Shown here: one piece after another, positions 13,402 to 26,750 of the stretch
Numbering within the stretch: position 1 is the first letter of the stretch
Layout of the letters: each line of letters opens with the position of its first letter
Source of the DNA: Squalus acanthias
Taxonomy: Eukaryota
Direction of reading: 5' to 3'
DNA: 64,000 nucleotides
Assembly (NCBI GenBank): GCA_030390025.1
Contig: CM059431.1
Location: forward strand, 119,290,001 to 119,354,000
Position numbers and translations under genes: made by a program
Notes under the pieces: model-generated
Database searches by the model: none
What the model was told of the DNA's origin: nothing
Seen by the model: the letters and a program-made list of their open reading frames with translations, nothing else

Positions 13402-14291
13402 GGACCCGATATTGGCCTACCTGCTAAGCGGTAAGCCAATGAGCAGCAGTTCTAGCGCTAAGATCGAAACTATAATCATGTTAATGAGAACTGAGCACGA
13501 ATTTTGCGTGCTACCTAGACCATTTTGACTTGGCACAGCTTAACATCGTTGGGCCTTAACACTGCCCGATTTGTGGCCATATCCAATTTCTCCGCCACAA
13601 TATGCGATGGAGGTTGAAAACAACCGAAGAACCCAGCAAGGCCGGGGTCGCGGAGGTCCTGCCGAATTTAATGGCAGGACCTCATTAACATATTTTTCTT
13701 CCGTTTCCCATTGCCTGGCCAATTGCCGGGTGGGAAAACCAGCAGCAGGAAGCTGGAGCCGAGGGTCTTTGTGTACGGTTTCTGGCAATCAGGAGGTGGG
13801 TAGGTTGGCGTTTGGAGCTGGCGGGGCGGGGGAGATTGGTTGCGATCGGGGCATGGAGAGAGAGTGCCGCGGGGTGGGGGTGAGAGAGAGTCCTCGATCG
13901 GCAGAGGGGAGGCCGAAGGCTTTCTTGAGAAGGTGCGGGAACGCTCCTGCTCCTCCTGGCCCACAAGGAGTGTTGGAAAAGGCACTTACCTTGTGGAGCC
14001 GGCAGTTCCCGCCTCCCTTTCACTGCCGAGTTTCCCAATTCCTGGGACACTCTTGCGGCAATTGTTAAATTGAAATCAGTCTCCCAATTGTATTGTGGGA
14101 GCCTATTTTAACTCTGTTAATGAAGTGTCCCGCTTTTCCACAGTGAGACACTCCCACAGCACGATATCTGCTGCCGTAAAATGGTAACGGTCGCGTACAG
14201 GGCGGGTTGGGGTTGCATTCACCGTTTTTTTCATTTTTAATCCCCCTGACCCTCTCCTGCCCATGGTGGGGAAGGAGTTAATATCGAGGCC
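13402..14291 (-). mobile_element. MITE-like repeat (family with ggncccgatatt ends)
   Basis: Ends ggacccgatatt / aatatcgaggcc. The core (ctcctgctcctcctggcccacaag...ggcacttacctt) is shared in inverted orientation with 18551-22485 and 22870-23613. Confidence 0.55.
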
Positions 14292-14614
14292 AATGCTTCA
14301 AGTTGATGCCCTTTTATCAGAACTGCGAGACAAATGGAAATCCGTCGGAGAGAAGAGCAGAACTTCTTCAAGGTTGGCATTCCCAGAAGAGAAGTGGCAA
14401 TGAATTAGAACTAGGGATATCGGATGGATTAAGGTTGGGACATCTATGCAATTCCAATAACAAAATTCCAGGCATTGTCCAATAATGCAGAAGCTAAAAA
14501 TATCCTGGAAGAAAATGAAATGAGAATAACATATGGGACAGTTTGCAGAAGCCCCTGAGAAATGGTATAAGCAGTTGATCATTAGCGCCCCCAAGAAAAT
14601 TCAACCCCCAGGAA

Positions 14615-15560
14615 AATACATGAATGCTAGAAGTGTTAGAAATAAAATCCTAGAGGCTGTTGTGGCAGTAGAGAACTACAATGTGACAGGCATATTAGAA
14701 ACATGGCTAAATCCAAAGGATGGGAATGAATTTAACTCTCATGGGTGTAGATTTTTCAGAAAAGACATAAAAGGAGGTTGTGTAGGTTTCTGAAGGAAAG
14801 GCATGAACAACATTCCCTCCCCCAAAAAAGAGGATCGAGGTAAATTCTAGGAATTTGATATGCATGAAATGGATGTCCTAGATATCCTTGTGTTTCAGAG
14901 ACAACTGAGAAATTGATCACGTGGGCGGTAGAATAAAAGGATGCAGGGCAGAAATTACAGAACGAGTTAAACAAAATAAGTCAAACAACAGCAGATTTAA
15001 TGCAGATATACATTGGTTGGAATAATCAGTAATATAAATTCTTCACAAAATAGCTAAGGGTGAAGTTGAAAAATACCCAGGAGTAGACTCAACACTTGAC
15101 ATGTGCAACCAATACAGAACAGCAATCAACAAAGCCAAATAGAACACTGAACTACATAGCCAAAACAGTAGCAAACAAGTCAGGTCAAACTGTAGAATGC
15201 TCTGGAGTATTGTATTTAGTTCTGGTTGCTAAGAAACAAAGGAGACATTCAAACATGGGAGCCAATGAAGTGAAGAGCCATGAAGCTAATCCCTAGTGTC
15301 AGGGGTATGAGTGATGAGGAAAGACTGGAGAGACTTGTGCTCACGCTGGAATGGAGGCATTTCAGAAGGCTTCCTATAGAGGTCTATAAGATAGTAAATG
15401 GCATGCGAAAAGTTAATCTGGAATGTGACTTTAAATTAAACCATGGGAGCGAGATAGAATTTAAACTAGTGAAAAGTAATTTTAGAACTGGTATAGGAAG
15501 TTCTTCACGCAGCGAGTAATCAACACTTTAAAAGGACGTCCGGGCAAAGTGGTGGTGGTG
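14615..15560 (+). mobile_element. Old, heavily degraded CR1 fragments
   Basis: Remnant peptides NARSVRNK...ETWL and EERLERL...IEVYKI. Confidence 0.65.
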
Positions 15561-16384
15561 CAAGTGAGTTGTAGCTTACTTGCTAGTTGAGCCTCTTTGT
15601 TTTAATACTTACTTAGTGCTCCATAGAACAACAGGATCCAAGGCCTCATTCAAGGATCCAAGCTCTGGGAATGTAACTGAAGGAAAAGTTAAGCCCCTGA
15701 GAAACAGGAAGCCCATGCAGAGGAACATTGCTGGAAGGTTTAGTAGATGTGATAGGTAGGTTTAGTAATTTTTTAATGAATTATTTGCATTATGAGCTTT
15801 ACATGGCGGGGTGTATGCAGAACTGATGTGGCCGCCCAGAGGACATAATAAAATATAGGGATGTCATTCTTTTTGGATGATTAGATCTTTCCTTGTGAAT
15901 GGCAATGTTATTCTGAGAGATCGCAAAGTGTATTGGGGGAATATTTCCACAGGGTTCCCACGTTCTAATGCTGTAACTTCAGAGGAAATCCTGCAGAAAT
16001 GGTATAAAAGGCCGTTTTTAGCCATTTACATCATTTCCTCGTGAGTTCCGCTGATCATCTGCTGCAGTTGCAGCGTTAGGAAAGTGTTTTTGTTTTAATA
16101 TATAGACAAAGGCTGCAGTCCTGTGCCTGTAGTAATAATGAGTCCAATCACAGAGTCAGAAAGACTCGGTGGTTTATTAAGGGTTAAATGAAAATGCATA
16201 CCCATGGCCAACATAAGGGGCGGCCGCAGAAGAACGCATGCTTACAGCCAGTCGAGCTCAACCTTCCAGATCTATTCCTTCCGTTTCATCTTCCCACATT
16301 ACATTACAATGACCTTGCTTTTCAGCTCAGCTAAAAGGCCGTTACATCACCTCCTCCATGACCTTCACTCTCGGTTTTACATTA

Positions 16385-16935
16385 AGAACATAAGAACATA
16401 AGAAGTAGGAGCAGGAGCAGGCCATTCGGCCCTTCAAGCCTGCTCCGCCATTCAATAAGATCATGGCTGATCTTCTACCTCAGCTCCACCTTCCCGCACT
16501 ATCCTCATATTCCTTGATTCCCTCAGTAGTCAAAAATCTATCGATCTCTGTCTTGAATGTATTCAACTACTGAGCATTCACAGCTCTCTGGGGTAGAGAA
16601 TTCCAAAGATTCACAGCCCTTTGAGTGAAGAAATTTCTCCTCATCTCAGTCCTAATTGGCTGACCCCTTATTCTGAGACTGTGACCTCTAGTTCTCAGCC
16701 AGGGGAAACTTCCTCCCTGCATCTGCCCTGTCAATCCCCTTAAGAATTTTATGATTCAATGAGATCACCTCTCATTCCTCTAAGCTCTAGAGAATATAGG
16801 CCTAAATCTATTCAATCTCACCTCACAGGACAATCCCTTCATCCATAAAATCAGACTAGTAAACCTACGTTGTACCCCCTCTAAGACAAGTATATCCTTC
16901 CTTAGGTAAGGAGACCAAAACTGTACACAGTACTA
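16385..16935 (-). mobile_element. CR1 LINE 3' end
   Basis: (taagaaca)n tail followed by the CR1 3'UTR and ORF2 end in reverse orientation. Confidence 0.85.
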
Positions 16936-17367
16936 TTAGTATTAAGTATTATTAGTTCAACATACAAAGACACAAAAAGGCTCCACAGCGTCCTCTCAAG
17001 ACCTAACATTATCTAGTTACTTGTACAGAAATGAATAAACATATAGATGTATCCATGAGAAGATTAGAACTATCCAAGGCTATTTTATATGATGACAGTT
17101 ACAGCATTATAGATTTGTTGATGCCTGTCAGCTACATCTGCAGGTCTTTTCATTCTAGGATTTTAACTACAGGACTAAAACTGAAAGCAGTATCAATGAT
17201 TCTGCTGCAGAAAATGGATTTCTGAACTATTTCTCAATCTTAACCTACAGCAACAGCCATAGCTCAGTCGAAGCCCCGTGGAAATTGTGTTTGGGTGTTA
17301 CCAAGCATTTTTGACTGGCTCAAATTTCATATTCACTAACATTAACCAATCAGCATACTTCAGAAAG

Positions 17368-17827
17368 AAAGACTTGCATTTATATAGCGCCTTTCATGAC
17401 CACCGGACGTCTCAAAGCGCGTTACAGCCAATGAAGTACTTTTGAAGTGGAGTCACTGTTGAAATGTGGGAAACACGGCAGCCAATTTGCGCACAGCAAG
17501 GTCCCACAAACAGCAATGTGATAATGACCAGATAATCTGTTTTTGTTATGTTGGTTGAGGGATAAATATTGGCCAGGATACCGGGGAGAACCCCCCTACT
17601 CTTCTTCAAAACAGAGCCATGGGATCTTTTACCTCCACCTGAAAGAGTAGACGGGGCCTTGGTTTAACGTCTCATCCGAAAGACAGCACCTCCGACAGTG
17701 CAGCATTCCCTCAGCACTTCCTGGAGTGCCAGCCTAGCTTTATGTGCTCAAGTCCCTGGAGGGGACTTGAACCCACAACCTTCTGACCCCAGAGGTGAGT
17801 GTGCTACCCACTGAGCCACAGCTGACA
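17368..17827 (-). mobile_element. tRNA-derived DeuSINE (SacSINE1-like)
   Basis: Minus-strand tRNA-like head (tggctcagtggg...ggttcaagtcc, boxes A and B), Deu-like core ggatgagacgttaaacc...aaagatcccatgg, and an L2-type tail. Confidence 0.8.
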
Positions 17828-19517
17828 CATCCAACAAACACAACAGGAACGTCTGCACATCATACTAATACTTTGCCAAGCCACACAGGTACCTGTCGGC
17901 TTCAAAACATTTCAATAGATAAAGACTGCTCAGCAATCAACTATTCATAACCCGTGCATGACATGGAAATCCAGTTTTGAAGCCACTGCAGAGAATTCAA
18001 ATGTGACCATTTTTCTGTGCAGGCATGATGGGCCGAATGGCCTCCTTCTATGCTGTATCATTCTATGTATCATTCTGTAATGCTGCTAAAGAGTGCGACT
18101 GATGCACATCAAATTGCTACAGCTATTTTAGCTGGTAAACTGATAATAAAATTCAACTTATATGTAATGTGTGTCCTTTCTGCTTCTTATCCGTGCATTT
18201 GATTTTTTCTTAGGAATTCTTATACTACAGGAACAAATGTCTCTCTTTGACACTATTATTCAGCTTCATTCTATGATAGTAAAAGCAAAGCAGAAACATT
18301 CAATGAATTAACAGCTGTGGGTAAAATTCCTTTTGTGAGTTCTGGTTGTCAGATTTGATCAGGCAAGCAAATTATGATCAAATCATGCAGCGCTGGTGGA
18401 TTTGTATGCTCCCTGTGCAACACATTTTTCCATCGTGCAATACTGGCACAGTATTCTGAAGGGATGAACTCCAAAAAAATCAGTATTGCTTGCAACTTTC
18501 TACATTTTTACATTTCCATTCCGTATGGATATGCCCATCCTAAGATATAATGGGGGTAAGTTTAACCCCCAGGAACAGATGGATTTGTGTTGGGTGAGAA
18601 ACTAAAATTTGAAAAATTTCAAATCCGTCCTCAACCTAACCCCAACCCGCCCACTTCTGATATTAACGGAGACGGGACAGGGGAGCGAGCTACCAATCCG
18701 CTCTCAGGACGTGGGTCGGTCGGTGAAAGCTTTTAAGGAGACTGCGTGTCTCCATTTTAACAAGCTTTTTATTTTTATCTCATCTCAGCTCGGTTTCCCG
18801 GGCCTCGGGAATCCCTGCAGGTAAAAGGAGGCAAGAAGGGCCTGATCCATAAGGTGAGTGCATTTGCAGCACTGCTTGTGGGCCAGGAGGAGCAGGAGTG
18901 CTTCCTCCAGGCCCAACAAGTTTTCCTGCTTCATTCCCCATGATCGGCTGATACCACAACTCCACGCTCTCCAACCCTCCCGATTTCCCTCCCCCTCACT
19001 GACACCCCGTGATCTCTCCCCAGCAATCTCCAACTCCCCCGATCTCCCCCCACCTCCACGCTTCCCCCCCACGATCTCTAGCCCTCAACCACGAGCCCCC
19101 CTCCACAAGATCTATAACCCCCGATCACGATCCCCCCTCCCCACGATCTCTCCCTACCTGCTCTCTGCTCCTCGGCTGTGGCCTTGTGCAGACAGGCAGC
19201 CTGTCAATCAGGCCGGCTGTTGGGCAGGAAACCTGGAGAAAAAATTTAAAAGATGTTGTTGTTGAGGCTGCCGCGAAACACGAATGGAGGCTGAATCCAT
19301 ATGTGGAAAACAAGAAACTTTAATTCAACTGCATGGCACAAAAATGGCTGCACCGAAAGCTCCCAGAATTCTCTGATCAACCTCTGAGGCCCCGCCCACT
19401 TCTGCCTTAAAGGTAAGGTGCCTTAAAGGGAAGGTGCTGGATTTTTGTCCACGGACGGAAGAGTGGATTATGCTCGTTTAGGTGGCGATCCGCCACACAG
19501 CTCCCCCCAGAATCCGC

Positions 19518-20936
19518 TTAGGAGGTGTGGACGAGACGGTGCGGTGGTCTGATGGGCTGGCCGGAGTGGCTCTTGTAGGACGCTGGTGGACGTGGAACGG
19601 CCGGGCGTGGAGCAGCCGGGTGAACCGGCTTGAGGGCAGGTCGGCCGCATGGAGGTGGACGAGCTACAGGGACCTGCTCACCGGGCTCCGCGCGTGCTGG
19701 CTTGAGTCGGTCAACCGACACTTTTTCTGTCCTATCGCCCACTTGCAGGGTGAAAAATTTGTCCCCAGCCTGTAGCACCTTGTAGGGCCCGTCGTACGGG
19801 GGTTGAAGGGGCCCGCGGTGGGCGTCGTGCCGGACGAAAACAAACCGTGCCTGGTGCAGGCTTAGTGGGACATGTGAGGTGGATTCGCCGTGTCGGGCAA
19901 TGGGCACTGGGGCGAACTGCAGCGCCGGTGAGGTGAAGTTGTGGCGTTGCTGGTCGGCTGACCAGGGTGTCATGGTGGTGGGCAGGAACTCACCGGGTAC
20001 GCGCAGCGGCTGACCGTACACGAGCTCTGCTGCCGATGCGTGGAGGTCTTCTTTAACCGCGGTGCGCAGGGCGAGGAGGACCCACGGAAGTCGGTCGGTC
20101 CAGGCGCCGTCCGGGAGGCTGGCTCGAAGAGATGCCTTCAAGGATCTGTGGAACCGCTCACACAGTCCGTTGGCTTGGGGGTGGTACGCTGTGGTGCGGT
20201 GAATGGTCACCCCGAGATTGCGTGCGACGGCGGTCCAGAGTTCAGAGGGAAATTGCGGACCTCTGTCCGACGTCATGACGGAGGGGACGCCGAACCGTTC
20301 GACCCAAGTGCTGACGAAGGCTCTGGCGATGTCGGTGGTGGTGGTAGAGGTCAGTGGAATTGCCTCGGGCCAGCGTGTGGTGCGGTCAACGTAGGTCAGC
20401 AAGTGCGTCTGGCCTTGCGACAGTGGCAGGGGCCCGACGACGTCCACGTCGATGTGGTCGAATCTCCGCGAGGGGACGGTAAACTCCTCGAGGGGTGCTT
20501 TCGTGTGTTGCTGTACCTTGGCCCGTTGGCAGGCTAGGCAGAAGTTGGCCCAAGTGCGCACATCCTTGCGAAGGCCGCGCCAGACGAAGCGGTTGGCTAC
20601 CAATTTGATGGATGCGCAGGCGCCGGGGTGGGAGAGGTTGTGGAGAATGTCGAATACCTGGCGGCGCCAGGACGCTGGGACGACGGGCTGAGGTTGACAT
20701 AGGGATATGTCGCACTTGACCGTGACTGCGGTCGGGCCACAGGCGACGTCGGCCAGGCGTAGCCCTGGTAGGTTGGTGGGTGCGGAGAGCAGATCAGGGT
20801 CGGTGATCTGGTCTGCTGCGAGTTGAGCGTAGTCGACTGACAGGTGTGCGGCGTGGATGGCGGGGCGGGAAAGGCAGTCAGCTACCACATTGTCTCGGCC
20901 GGAGACGTGTTGGATGTCCGTGGTGAACTCGGACAC
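19518..20936 (-). pseudogene. Gypsy integrase (frameshifted from the RT-RH frame at ~20965)
   Basis: HHCC zinc finger (H..LSHPG...CLACQ), DDE core (HIDVDVVGP, SDRGPQF, NGLCERFH) and a GPY motif (PYDGPYKV). Confidence 0.9.
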
Positions 20937-22099
20937 TGCCGCGAGCTGGCGCTGCTGCCTGGCGACCAGGAGTCGGTTGTCTTTGCCATTGCGAATGTCA
21001 GGGGCTTGTGGTCGACAAACGCAGTGAAGGGGTGACCCTCAAGCAAAAACCGGAAATGGCGGACCGCCAGGAACAGCGCGAGGAGTTCGCAGTCGAATGT
21101 GCTGGACTTGACCTCCGGGGGGTGTAGTTGGCGGCTGAAGAAGACAAGTGGTTGCCAGGTGCCATCGACCCACTGCTCATACACGACGCCGACCGCGTGG
21201 TCGGAGGCGTCCGTGGTGAGCGCTACCCTGGCATTGGGCCGTGGGTGCGCGAGCAGGGTGGCGTTGGCGAGCGTGGTCTTGGTGGAGTCGAAGGCGGCGG
21301 ACGCGTCTGCCGTCCATTCGACCGCCATCTTGCCGCTCCTGCCCCAGAGGGCTTCATACAGGGGCCTCATGAGGGACGCCGCTTTGGGGATGAAGCGGTT
21401 ATAGAAATTCACCATCCCGAGGAACTCCTGGAGGCCTTTGATGGTGGTGGGGTGGGGAAATTGTTGGACGTCCTGCACCTTGGTGGGCAGGGGAATGGCC
21501 CCAGCATGGGTGATGTGGTGGCCGAGGAAGTCAATCTTGTCCAGGCCGAACTGGCATTTGGCTGGGCTGAGGATGAGCCCGTGGTCGCTGAGGCGCCCGA
21601 ACAGGATGCGAAGGTGTTCGAGGTGTTCCTGCTTGGAGGAACTGGCTACCAGGATGTCGTCCAGGTAGACGAACAGGAACTTCAGGTCCCGAAGGACCGA
21701 GTCCATGAGCCGTTGGAATGCCTGGGCCGCGTTTTTGAGGCCGAAGGGCATCCGCAGGAACTCAAACAGGCCGAAGGGGGTGATTACGGCCGTCTTGGGG
21801 ACGTCCGCGGGATGGACGGGGACTTGGTGGTAGTTTCGCTGATATGCTGAGGCCGTAAATTTTTTAAGGAGCGCTGTTCTGAGATGTGCGTACTTGTCTT
21901 CCTCTGGTAGGTTCTGCAGCATTGTCCAAACCTTGGAAACTGCGACGCTACCGAGTGATGTGACGAGATAGTCGTACTTCGTCCCATCTGTGGTGATATT
22001 TCGCAGCCGGAAGCGGGATTCAGCTTGGAGAAACCAGGCTTCGGACTGGTTTTCCCAAAACTCCGGCAGTTTCACGGAAACTGCGTTCATGTCCGCCAT
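20882..22099 (-). pseudogene. Gypsy Gag N-terminus fused in frame to partial RT-RNase H
   Basis: VKLPEFW...AWFLQAES (Gag) runs directly into YHQVPV...KTAVITPFGLFEFLRMPFGLKNA...YLDD (RT), then TTDAS, ELLA, DHKPL (RNase H). Confidence 0.9.
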
Positions 22100-22869
22100 T
22101 GCAGTGCTCGGAATACGTTCTGAGCGTCGGGGTCACCAATGTTGAGGCTGCCGCGAAACACGAATGGAGGCTGAATCCATATGTGGAAAACAAAAAACTT
22201 TAATTCAACTGCATGGCACAAAAATGGCTGCACCGAAAGCTCCCAGAATTCAAGGGCAACCTCTGAGGCCCCGCCCGCTCCTGCCTTAAAGGTAAGGTGC
22301 CTTAAAGGGAAGGTGCTGGATTTTTGTCCACGGACGGAAGAGTGGATTATGCTCGTTTAGGTGGCGATCCGCCACACAGTGCAGTTAGTTTCTGCAGGAC
22401 ATCCAGGAAACCAGTGCTTCCGGGTATCCTATCCAAAACTCTTCCCCCCACCGTGCTCCCTCCCCACCCCATAAACATCGGGGCCAATTTGTAGATTTCA
22501 CTTACAACTGGAATTGACATTTAGGGATGGATTTGAACTTTCACTGCCATCAATTGAAATGGATTGTATGACGGGCAGACAATCCGCTGCTGTCAGTTTT
22601 CCAGCCAGCAGTGAAAATTAAAATGTTCCCTTAATCTACATATTTACAGGATTAATAACATTTTAGGAGCGATTTTAACCGTCCCTGCTCAGCAGAAACC
22701 AAATGCGTAGGCAGTTGAAATTGTCCGGATATCTGGATCTCAGCATTTTCCACTTTAACCTGCCCTTCAGAAGATGGTGCACGAGACATTCCTGTTCCCA
22801 TAAAAAGAGGCAGGGATAAGCCATTAAGCCAGCTAACCAGTTAGTCTTACTTCAGTTGTTGTTAAATAC

Positions 22870-23613
22870 ATTGATATTAACCCCAACCACGACCGGTGGG
22901 AGAGGGTTGGTGGGGGGGGAAGTCAAAATTTTTTAAACGGGCAATGCGCCCCAACCCGCTGCTAACGTGCCCATTACCGTTTTTACGGCGGTGGGTTTCG
23001 TATCGTGAGAATGTCCTGCCCGCGAGAGATGGGACACTTCATTTACATACAGTGCAATTGGGACCCTGATTTAAATGTAACAGTTGCCGTGCAAGTTCCC
23101 CAGGGGTCGGGAAACCCAGCAGTGAAAGGGAGGTGGGAGCTGCCGGCTCAAGAAGGTAAGTGCCTTTTCCAGCACTCCTTGTGGGCCAGGAGCTGCAGGA
23201 GTGATCCCCCGACCCCTCAAGGAAGCCTTTGGCCTACCCTCTGCTGATTGTGGCCTCTCCCCTCTGCTGTGATCGAAGACCTTCCCCCCACCCCGCCTCC
23301 CTAGCCACGATCACTCACTGCCTCCCTCCCACAATCGGCATCCTCCCACCCAAGCCCTGATCTCTCGCTCCCTCACTCCATCCCGATTGCCGGAAACTGT
23401 GCCTAAGGGTCCCCGGCTGCGGCTTCCTGCTGCTGGTTTTCCCACCCAGCGGTCGGCCAGGCTTTCAATTTGGCAGCGGAAAATGGAAGAGAAAATGTCA
23501 ATGAGGTCCTGCCATTACATTTGGCAAGGCCTCCGTGAACCCAGCCTTGCTGGGTTCTTTGGCCATTTTCGACCTCCATCATACCCTCCCATCTCCCCGT
23601 AAATATCGGGACC
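22870..23613 (+). mobile_element. MITE-like repeat
   Basis: Inverted homologue of 13402-14291. Right end aaatatcgggacc. Confidence 0.55.
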
Positions 23614-24069
23614 GTTAACTCTGTTTCTCTTGCCACAGATGCTGCCTGACCTGCTGAATGTTTTCCAGCATTTTCTGTTTTTATTTCAATATCCCCATTT
23701 AGTTATCTTCCCTCAGCACTAGTCTCCATATTATCACAGCCCTATCTTAGGTTATACTGGTCTCTGGCCCGAGTCCCTGATAGTTCACTGTCAAGATTTA
23801 ATGTTTGCCTGGTCATATCATTGACATGCAATTGCTCACTTACTGTCTCCATTACTATCCACTCACCCTCAAAAATCTCCCGATTTCAGTTTGCCCTGTG
23901 CCTTGCTAGCCAACGCCATAAACTTTCTTTAAGGAAACGGAAGAAAAAAATTATAATGAGGTCTGGCTGTTAAATTCGGCAGGACCTCCGTGACCTCGGC
24001 CTTACATGGTTTTCCCTGTGCTACCGTGCCCCCCCTGCACCCTCTCCGACACCCCATAAATATCAGGGC

Positions 24070-25200
24070 ACTCGAGTCTATTGGATGGGATGAAATTACT
24101 ATGCTCTCGGAGAAACTGGAGCTAATCAGTGATAGTTTACACAATCCCTGAAAGGCATGATAATGGATAAAGGAAATTCAGTGCATGTGATTCATATGGA
24201 TTTTTAAAAGGAATTTAATAAGTACAGGAAACTCTTTATTAACCGGCACCCAAATATCCGGAAATCTCTCTTAACCGGCAAAATTCTTGAGTAGGTAACC
24301 GGGGTTTTCCTTCATCTCTCGTTTAAAATTAACTTTAAAAAAAACCCCGAGGCGTTTGCCTTGTATCGGAGCGTGTAGATTGGGAGGGGAATGTGCAGCC
24401 CGGGTAGGCAGCGGACACGACAGATGGTCAGCTGGCGGTTCCCGGGGAGACGGAGCTCCGAATGCAGGCGCATGTCAATGTGTACGGGGCTCTCATACGT
24501 TGGGAGATATAACTCTCCATTATCCGGACTTTTTGATTAACCGGCACCACGCCGGTCCCGTCGGTGCCGGTTAATAAAGAGTTTCCTGTACCACCTACGA
24601 GACTTATGGGAAAGATAACGGCACATTGAATTAAGAGGAATGTAGCTACATGGATAGAGAGATTGTTGTCGGGCAGAAAGCAAATGGTAGTTTGTCAGAT
24701 TGGAAAGATGTAGTGAGTGGTGGCACACAAGGGTCTGTGTTGGAGTTCATTTATTTACTGTATACATAAATAATCTGGACATAGAAATTGAGGGCAACTT
24801 GCTGATGACACCAAACTAGGGGGTAGGGGTATGTAAAATTGTGACAAAGATTATGAAAGACTGCAGGAGCACATGGATAAGCTATGAGGGCAGCTGCTTT
24901 TCAATATGAAAAAATGCAAAGTAATACATTCAGGAAGAATAAGGAAAAGAAATAAACCTTTAATGGTAAGATTTTAAATGGAGTAGAGTAGCAAAGCTGC
25001 TCTGGTACGCGGATACACAGGTCATTAAAAGGTGACAGTAATAAGGTTTTAAAAACCAGACAGAATATTGCTTTGTATTTAGAGGCATAGAGCTGAAGTT
25101 GAACTTGTGATAAACCTCAGTTAGGCCGCAGTTGGAGTATTGGTGCTCCATTACAGGAAGGATATAAAAGAAATGGGGAAGGTGCAGTATCGAACCACTA
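24070..25200 (+). mobile_element. Degraded CR1 RT fragment interrupted by a MITE
   Basis: Remnants of [21 protein letters not shown] and RPQLEY. Confidence 0.7.
24225..24588. mobile_element. Tc1/mariner (pogo/Tigger-like) MITE, 364 bp
   Basis: Perfect 26-bp TIR caggaaactctttattaaccggcacc with TA TSD (24223-24224, 24589-24590). Confidence 0.92.
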
Positions 25201-25627
25201 GGAAGTTATCATTGCACTGCCAGCCAAATGTACACCGCCAGCCATCTAATTAACGTTAGATGTGCTGGCGGCAGAAACGCGTGTTGGCAAGATTTGAAGC
25301 CCAGAATAATTTATTCAAATTAGGGTCCTGCACATCTTGCAAGACCTTTTTCCATTTTTGAACAGCCCAGCACGTCCCTCGTGACGTGCTGAACTCACAC
25401 AGCACATCATAGCGCTAACCGGCAAGAAGGCCCCCTCACCAGCGTTATTTAAAGGCATCATACGGTATTTGCAGGTTAGTTGCTGGTTTCTCATTTCTGG
25501 CAGCTGCTTGTCTTCTGAGTGATTTTTGCTGTGCTCTATCACTCACTTTGTCCGCACGGGGAGAGGTTTAGCTGGTCTAGCACTGTTGCTGTTGTTCTTT
25601 GCCACACAAATATTCTGGCTACAGACA

Positions 25628-26750
25628 TGGATGGTCTTATAGGGTTTCCGTCTGGGCTGCAGGATGAGGGGGAGCAGCAGGGAAGACACCACAGAGCAGG
25701 AGCAGCTGCCAGAAGAGGGAGGAGGAGGAGGGCACTGTGTAGGAGGCCGTATCTACAGAGGGTCTTCAGGGAGCACTTCTCCTACTTTAACTTTGCTCAG
25801 GAGCAATGTCTCAGGTGGTGTTGCTTCTCCAAAGAGGCTGTCACCGAGCTATGTCACCTGCTGCAGCTACAACTCGAGTCTCGCACCAAGACATGGACAG
25901 CACTGCCTGCAGCTGTCAAGGCTACCATGGCCCTCAAATTTATGCCACGGGCTGCAACAGGTGACATTAGCCACATCTCACAGTTCGCAGTACATCGATG
26001 TATCAGGGAGGTTACCGAGGCTCTCTAAATCAGGAGGAACACCTACATTTCCTTCCCTATGGACAGAGAGAAATATGACAAGAGATCAATAGGTTTCTCC
26101 AGCATGCAAACTTCCCCAAGTTGTAAGGTGCCATTGACTACACACACTTTGCCTTGTATGCTCCTTATCACCAGCCTGGCATCTTTATCAATCGACAGGG
26201 ATTCCACTCCCTTAATGCACAGCTGGTTTGTGACCACAGGCAGCGCATCATGCAGGTCCTGCCTGTTATCCTGGCAGCTGTCCTGACTCTTTCATCCTGT
26301 GCCAGTCCTCTGTGCCGCCTTTATTCCCCCCATGTTGCCAAGTTACAGGCGGATTATTGGGTGACAAGGGCTATCATCGCTGGAAGTGGCTCACGACTCC
26401 CATCAGGAACTCGCACACAGCTGCAAAGCAAGCCTACAATGAGACCCCTGCTGCCACAAGGAAGATCATCGAGCGCACAATCGGTGTGCTAAAGCAACGT
26501 TTCCGCTGCCTGGACCGTTCTGGAGGAGCTTTACAGTACACCCCTGAGTGGGTATCCGGATCTGTTGTTGTCTGCTGTATATTCCACATCTTCCCCACCG
26601 TAAGCAATGAGCCTTTAGCACCACCTGGGCATGCAACAAGTGCAGGAGGAGGAGCAGAAAGATGAAGAGGAGGATCAGGAGAGGCAGTGACCACCAGTGC
26701 CTAATCTACCCGAGCTCTCAGAGACCAGCTCATCGAGGAGAGCTTCACCT
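25628..26750 (+). pseudogene. Harbinger DDE transposase pseudogene
   Basis: TGDISHISQFAVHRCIREVTEAL*, NRQGFHSLNAQLVCD, LLGDKGY, IIERTIGVLKQRFRCLDRSGG, with a stop and frameshifts. Confidence 0.88.

Larger units (their letters stand above)
19260..22378 (-). mobile_element. Ty3/Gypsy LTR retrotransposon (CsRn1-like), internally deleted
   Basis: LTRs 19260-19499 and 22140-22378 (TG...CA, nearly identical). PBS TGGTGACCCCGACG (22125-22138), complementary to the tRNA-Trp 3' end. G-rich PPT next to 19500. Domain order gag-RT-RH-IN. Confidence 0.95.
18551..22485 (+). mobile_element. MITE-like repeat interrupted by the Gypsy element
   Basis: Same core as 13402-14291 and 22870-23613. The right end aaacatcggggcc lies beyond the Gypsy insertion. 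Confidence 0.5.

Noticed and set aside
17750..17827. tRNA-like sequences (also 63090-63167)
   Set aside because: These are SINE heads, not tRNA genes.
20040..21850. Long plus-strand ORFs antisense to the Gypsy pol
   Set aside because: Expected shadow ORFs of GC-rich coding sequence.
19255..22383. TSD of the Gypsy element
   Set aside because: The flanks (ttgt / gtgc) do not match cleanly, so no TSD is claimed.
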